A stretch of 64,000 nt of DNA, taken from Chrysomallon squamiferum. Lineage: Eukaryota > Animalia > Mollusca. The notes below the pieces were generated by a model that did not search any database, had not been told where the DNA came from, and saw only the letters and a program-made list of their open reading frames with translations. Where the stretch lies: assembly GCA_012295275.1 (NCBI GenBank), contig CM022675.1, forward strand, positions 3,410,001 through 3,474,000. The letters are read 5' to 3'. Positions 45,658 through 64,000 of this stretch are shown one piece after another (position 1 is the first letter of the stretch; each line of letters begins with the position of its first letter). The position numbers and the translations under genes were made by a program.

Positions 45658-46128
45658 ATGGCTGATCTATGGGGTACAAGTCGTCTGCTTCTTACAACTT
45701 TTGGCCTGATTTTCTCTCAACTGTTCTCTGCATCAGGTAAAATATTTATCTTTTGTTATTGTATGTAATTAAATAGCTTTTATAAAGTCATCAAATTTAT
45801 TTATAGATGAAATAAATAAAATTATGATATATGCATCCATACATACATACATACACCATTATTTGAATTCAAAACCTTTTTTAGCTTACTAAATAATATC
45901 AATGAAAGAAAGAAATTATAATGTTTGTTTTATAAGTAAATATATTCTGTTTTATTACAGCTACTCTGCGTATATTAAATGAAGTCACATGGGATACAGC
46001 ATTTTATAAATGTCATCAACATGGAGAACAACTGTACAGTACGTCAGATATTACATCACTGAGTGATGTCACAGCTGGATCTTACTGGATTGGAGCTAAA
46101 GTTCAGTACAGTTCATGGATGTGGACAG
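45658..46128 (+). CDS. Receptor paralog D, first two coding exons (rest lost in the gap)
   Basis: 45658-45736 MADLWGTSRLLLTTFGLIFSQLFSAS; 45961-46128 ATLRILNEVTWDTAFYKCHQHGEQLYSTSDITSLSDVTAGSYWIGAKVQYSSWMWT. Confidence 0.85.
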
Positions 46129-46545
46129 GTGAAGTAAATTATTATTTTGTTATATTTTGCATTTACAATCTCAAAAGTTAAAGGAATAAGCAGACCAAAA
46201 GTTATAACTATTACGAATATTCAGTTGTATTAAATTTATATTACTTTTTAATATGTACATGATAATTTGTACATTTATTAAATAAACTTGTTAATACAGT
46301 TTAACAACAAGAAGTTGTTACTGTTACATAAAGTATAAAATACAAAACTATAATAATAACTAAAATAGACGTTATTAGGCTTTAGCACCAGTATATCTCT
46401 CTCAGTGCTATAAATAGGCATCTAGTATAGGCATCAGGTATCTCTAATGAACAAAGCTAATTAACATATTTATATTTGCTACAATTCTTTTCCTTTTAAC
46501 CTGATATCTCTTATTTGTTTATATCTTTTTATACTCTCTCATTTT

Positions 46546-46745
46546 NNNNNNNNNNNNNNNNNNNNNNNNNNNNNNNNNNNNNNNNNNNNNNNNNNNNNNN
46601 NNNNNNNNNNNNNNNNNNNNNNNNNNNNNNNNNNNNNNNNNNNNNNNNNNNNNNNNNNNNNNNNNNNNNNNNNNNNNNNNNNNNNNNNNNNNNNNNNNNN
46701 NNNNNNNNNNNNNNNNNNNNNNNNNNNNNNNNNNNNNNNNNNNNN
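46546..46745. other. Assembly gap (200 N, fixed-size scaffold join)
   Basis: Run of 200 N. Confidence 0.99.
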
Positions 46746-47105
46746 AAAATTATTTAGACAATTTCTTCATTCTGCTTTGATACATTATAACCAAATGTTT
46801 GTGGAATACAAAAATGTGTTCAGGGCGTCGATAAATAAAATATTTCTGTTTCCTTTCCCTTAATAATGAAATCACTAACTCTCCAGTGGATGAAAGAACA
46901 TCGGGGTCTATGCGAAACAGAGGGAACTAATATTACAATTCACTGTTGTTCAACAGCATTATGAAGAGTAGGGCATACATATTTTATCTCCTGTAAAGTT
47001 CTATCGTAAACATTCCTGGAGAAAATTCAAATTTCTATATATCTACACGTCATTAAACGTACAAACATGTAGGGCACTGACAAACATTTTAAAACAAAAT
47101 TTTCA

Positions 47106-47149
<44 letters not shown>

Positions 47150-47367
47150 TTTTAAATTTTTCTTTAATTTTTTTTTAATATATTTTTCTGTGAATATGAT
47201 TAGAGAGTTGCAAAGTTGTTAACTTAATATTTTATTTCATAATAACCTCCAGTAACAAATATAATTTTAATATTGGAGCCGTTTTCGGTTTAAAACGGTA
47301 TTACAAACTAATTTTGTAGATCCTTATTCGGTAAACTCTGCAATGTAATTTTGTTTACCCGCACCAT

Positions 47368-47412
47368 GACTTCCTGTGCATGCGCCTTTTAACTTCCTCT
47401 TAATAATCAAAC
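47368..47412 (+). promoter_or_regulatory. RPL23 core promoter region: ETS-like ACTTCC motif, NRF1-like TGCATGCGC, pyrimidine (TCT/5'TOP-like) tract
   Basis: GACTTCCTGTGCATGCGCCTTTTAACTTCCTCTT directly precedes ATG 47413. The TSS is not determinable from sequence alone. Confidence 0.5.
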
Positions 47413-51409
<3,997 letters not shown>

Positions 51410-51429
51410 ACATGTATTATATGGGTAGC

Positions 51430-51435
51430 AATAAA
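51430..51435 (+). terminator. RPL23 polyadenylation signal
   Basis: AATAAA 20 nt after the stop, followed by a T/GT-rich tract. Confidence 0.75.
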
Positions 51436-53678
51436 GGGGTTGTAAAAGACTTTACTGAATTAAATCTTTTTTTTTGTGTGATGTTCTGTGTTCAAACTCG
51501 CTGCACAAAAACTTGTGTATAATGTTGAGTCTATTAGTCTTAGCATTTAGTTAAGAAATTTAAAAATAATGTTCCAGAATGCAAAAAAAGAAAGCCAACT
51601 ATAAATTGGTCCTTTTTGTAAATTTGGTATACCGTCAGTGTTGCTGACAAAATAATTTAAAATCATTCTTCATATTTCCAAGTTATTTTATTAAACCATC
51701 CAAATAAAGAAAACACTGGAATACTGCCGTTTTTCTATACGTTTTATCACTGCATACAGGTCTTACTGATTTTTCTTCTATCACTAGAAAAATGCAGCTT
51801 AAAATGGTGTGTGTGTGTTTTGCCTTCATACCTTAATATATTTTTCCTTTTAATTTTTGCAATTTAATTATTGAAGTTACTGAAATGATGAATCATCTTT
51901 TATTTTTTATTATTGCATATAAATATTCATAAACATTTATTTAAAAAAAATTAAATGATTTACTGTGAAAATGATTTTACCCCCTGGAAGTTTTAAAGCA
52001 GAATTTCCACAAAAACACCAGTGATTTCTGAATAACCTTGATGTAAAACTGCACATTTTCACTGATGACATTGTCAGAACTTACCAAAGCATGAACAGAA
52101 ACAAATAACTGATATATTCATTTATTAAAGAAGGGCAGATTTCAAATATATAAACATAGTAATAATTCTTTCAAAACTTGATATTCATTACCAATATAAC
52201 ATTTACATAATTTGTTAAAAACACTGCATATTTCAGTAATAAATTAAATATATCAAAAATAAAAAAGTTACACACACATATTGTATTTGACATGATTAGA
52301 AGGTAAAACATTCTGATTATCTGAAGGTAGGTTATTTGTGGATTTACCACCACTAAATTGTTAAGAAAATGTACCAAAGGTTATTTTAAATATTTATTAA
52401 TAATAAAACATTTTTATTCTAGGTGAAATTAACACAAATAAAATATATAGGTATGTGTGTATGTGTTGCAGTCAGTCTAAGTGTAATGTGGATGATATGT
52501 GGGAAGCTGCCTTCTGAGTGAAAAAATTACCTTTTTAAAAAATAATGTATTTTCGTTTCTTGCCACAAATTTGAGTGTGTTATAATAATTACAGGTAACA
52601 CTTTTGTCATTTTGTATAATAACTGGCAGTGAATTTCAGTTACTTTGCAAAACACTTGGTATTTTCAATATTAGTGGTCACAAGCACTTCATGAAATCAC
52701 TGATTTATTTAGTCATTAGGCATAATATTTCGCAATTAAAATAAAACCCAAAACATGATAAATCTAAAGTAATTCATTCATAAATTTATTTTTAAATAAG
52801 GTTATAATAATCAGAAAGATTTGATAAATGCATTTTTAATATTAATCTCCAATATAGATTAAAACTCACTTGAAGTTTGTGCAACCCATAAAAAATAATC
52901 TCTCATAAAAGGGGCACAGATCTTGTAACAATATATTTATTAAGAAAGAACAACTGCTAATCATCAAAAATATTCCACATATACACTGCAAACAGTTTAT
53001 TAAATGTTAATATATAATGTAAATTTTATTTTTGTTAACTATTTTCAGTTAAAACGGCATAGTTAAAAATATTGCTGAAAAATAAATACATTGGAAAATA
53101 AATTGTCCATATATATGAGATTTTGTTAGTTTGAAATGAGATTAATTCTATTCTGGGATGTAATTTAATTGTGTTTCAAATAATACAGATAAAATTTTGT
53201 CTTTTAATTCTTAATAGTAACTTTACATGAAAGACTCTCACCTCAAAAATCCCAGTCCAGTTTGTGCGTTTAAAGTTTTGGATAATAATAATAATAATAA
53301 TAATAATCTTCCTTTTGTTCTTCTTATTATTATTATAAACATAATAATAGTAGTATCACTGCTAACAGAAAAAATTATAACAGTTATAATAATTATTATT
53401 TAACATTAATAATAAGAAGAAGATTCACAATAATCACAGAAATAGTATTTTTCATAATAAAATTAATCAAAACTAATAATAAAAATATTTAAAACAGTAA
53501 CAATGTAATTTGTTATACCATGATTAAAAAAAAGAAATGTCACAATAACTGGTACAACAGTAAAAATTAGTGTGATCAAAATAAATAACATTTTGTTATA
53601 AATGTTAGTTTCCTGCCAAAATTTGTGTGATCAGAATAAATAACATTTTGTTACAAATGTTACAGTTTCCTGCCAAAA

Positions 53679-53743
53679 CAACAGCTATTATCAGACAAAA
53701 GCAGCTCATTTTGAGTTTCACTTAAGTCATCATTCTGATGTTG
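53679..53743 (-). promoter_or_regulatory. Type II SECIS element in the SELENOO 3' UTR
   Basis: Minus strand reads CAACATCAGA ATGAT GACTTAAGTG AAA CTCA-AAA-TGAG C TGCTTTTGTC TGAT AATAG CTGTTG. This gives an AUGA/GA core, 10-bp helix II, unpaired AAA, apical mini-stem and helix I. Confidence 0.88.
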
Positions 53744-54223
53744 AGTAAGCTTTGAGTTCAGATCTTGTCAGTTACATAAATAACATAAAATAACACTTTT
53801 CTGAGTCATTCTGTGGAAAATTGGGTAACTAATAAAATTAAATTCAAAACCTACAAACACATCGAACCACTGTTTTGGCATCAACTGAAAATACAGAAAT
53901 ATGAGACATACTGCAGTTCTTACGAAAACAAAAAAATGTGTTTAAACAATCTGATTTAGAAAGATAAAGATTATTTTAATCTCAGCTAAGAAGTTCATGA
54001 TCAAATTAAAAGAGTTTTGATATGACAGGTATATTTTCATTTAAATTGTGTACAGACACACACACACACACAAAGACAGACACATTGAAAAATGTCCACA
54101 AGAAAAATGTTTCCAAGAAAATTCGTATTTACTGAAAAATTAATTTTTGCAGAACTAAGAAAAAAAAATTAAATTGTTATGTCGACAGAAGAATGAACTG
54201 CAGTAGATTTGTCTCACATCAGT

Positions 54224-64000
<9,777 letters not shown>

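Noticed and set aside
53945-54000. Alternative SECIS candidate (minus-strand ATGAA...AGAT)
   Set aside because: Helix II does not pair; the 53679-53743 structure fits far better.

Overview
AT-rich, intron-rich animal (probably molluscan or other lophotrochozoan) genomic DNA with a 200-N scaffold gap at 46546-46745. Most ORFs in the supplied track are microsatellite noise, so genes were rebuilt by hand from GT-AG exons with phase checks. Contents: (1) Three copies of selenoprotein O. One is complete (13 coding exons, minus strand, 62213-54224) with an in-frame UGA in KVTUSS and a type II SECIS. One is near-identical, runs off the left edge and carries a 2.84-kb long-TIR DNA transposon. One is a 5'-only decayed copy on the plus strand. 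(2) An intact RPL23 gene with at least one candidate intronic H/ACA snoRNA. (3) A cluster of five paralogous type I membrane receptor genes. Their architecture is signal peptide, a C-type-lectin-like domain interrupted by a WSC domain, a second lectin-like domain, a variable number of Ser/Thr stalk exons, TM, and a ~215-aa tail with about 14 acidic-context tyrosines. Copy B is intact. Copy C lacks its 5' end but is intact from exon 4 onward. Copy A is disrupted. Copy D is cut by the gap. Copy E is a decayed relative with a short YMNV/YSVM tail. The cluster and SELENOO lie in a head-to-head inverted duplication centred on a Tc1 remnant near 18.3 kb.
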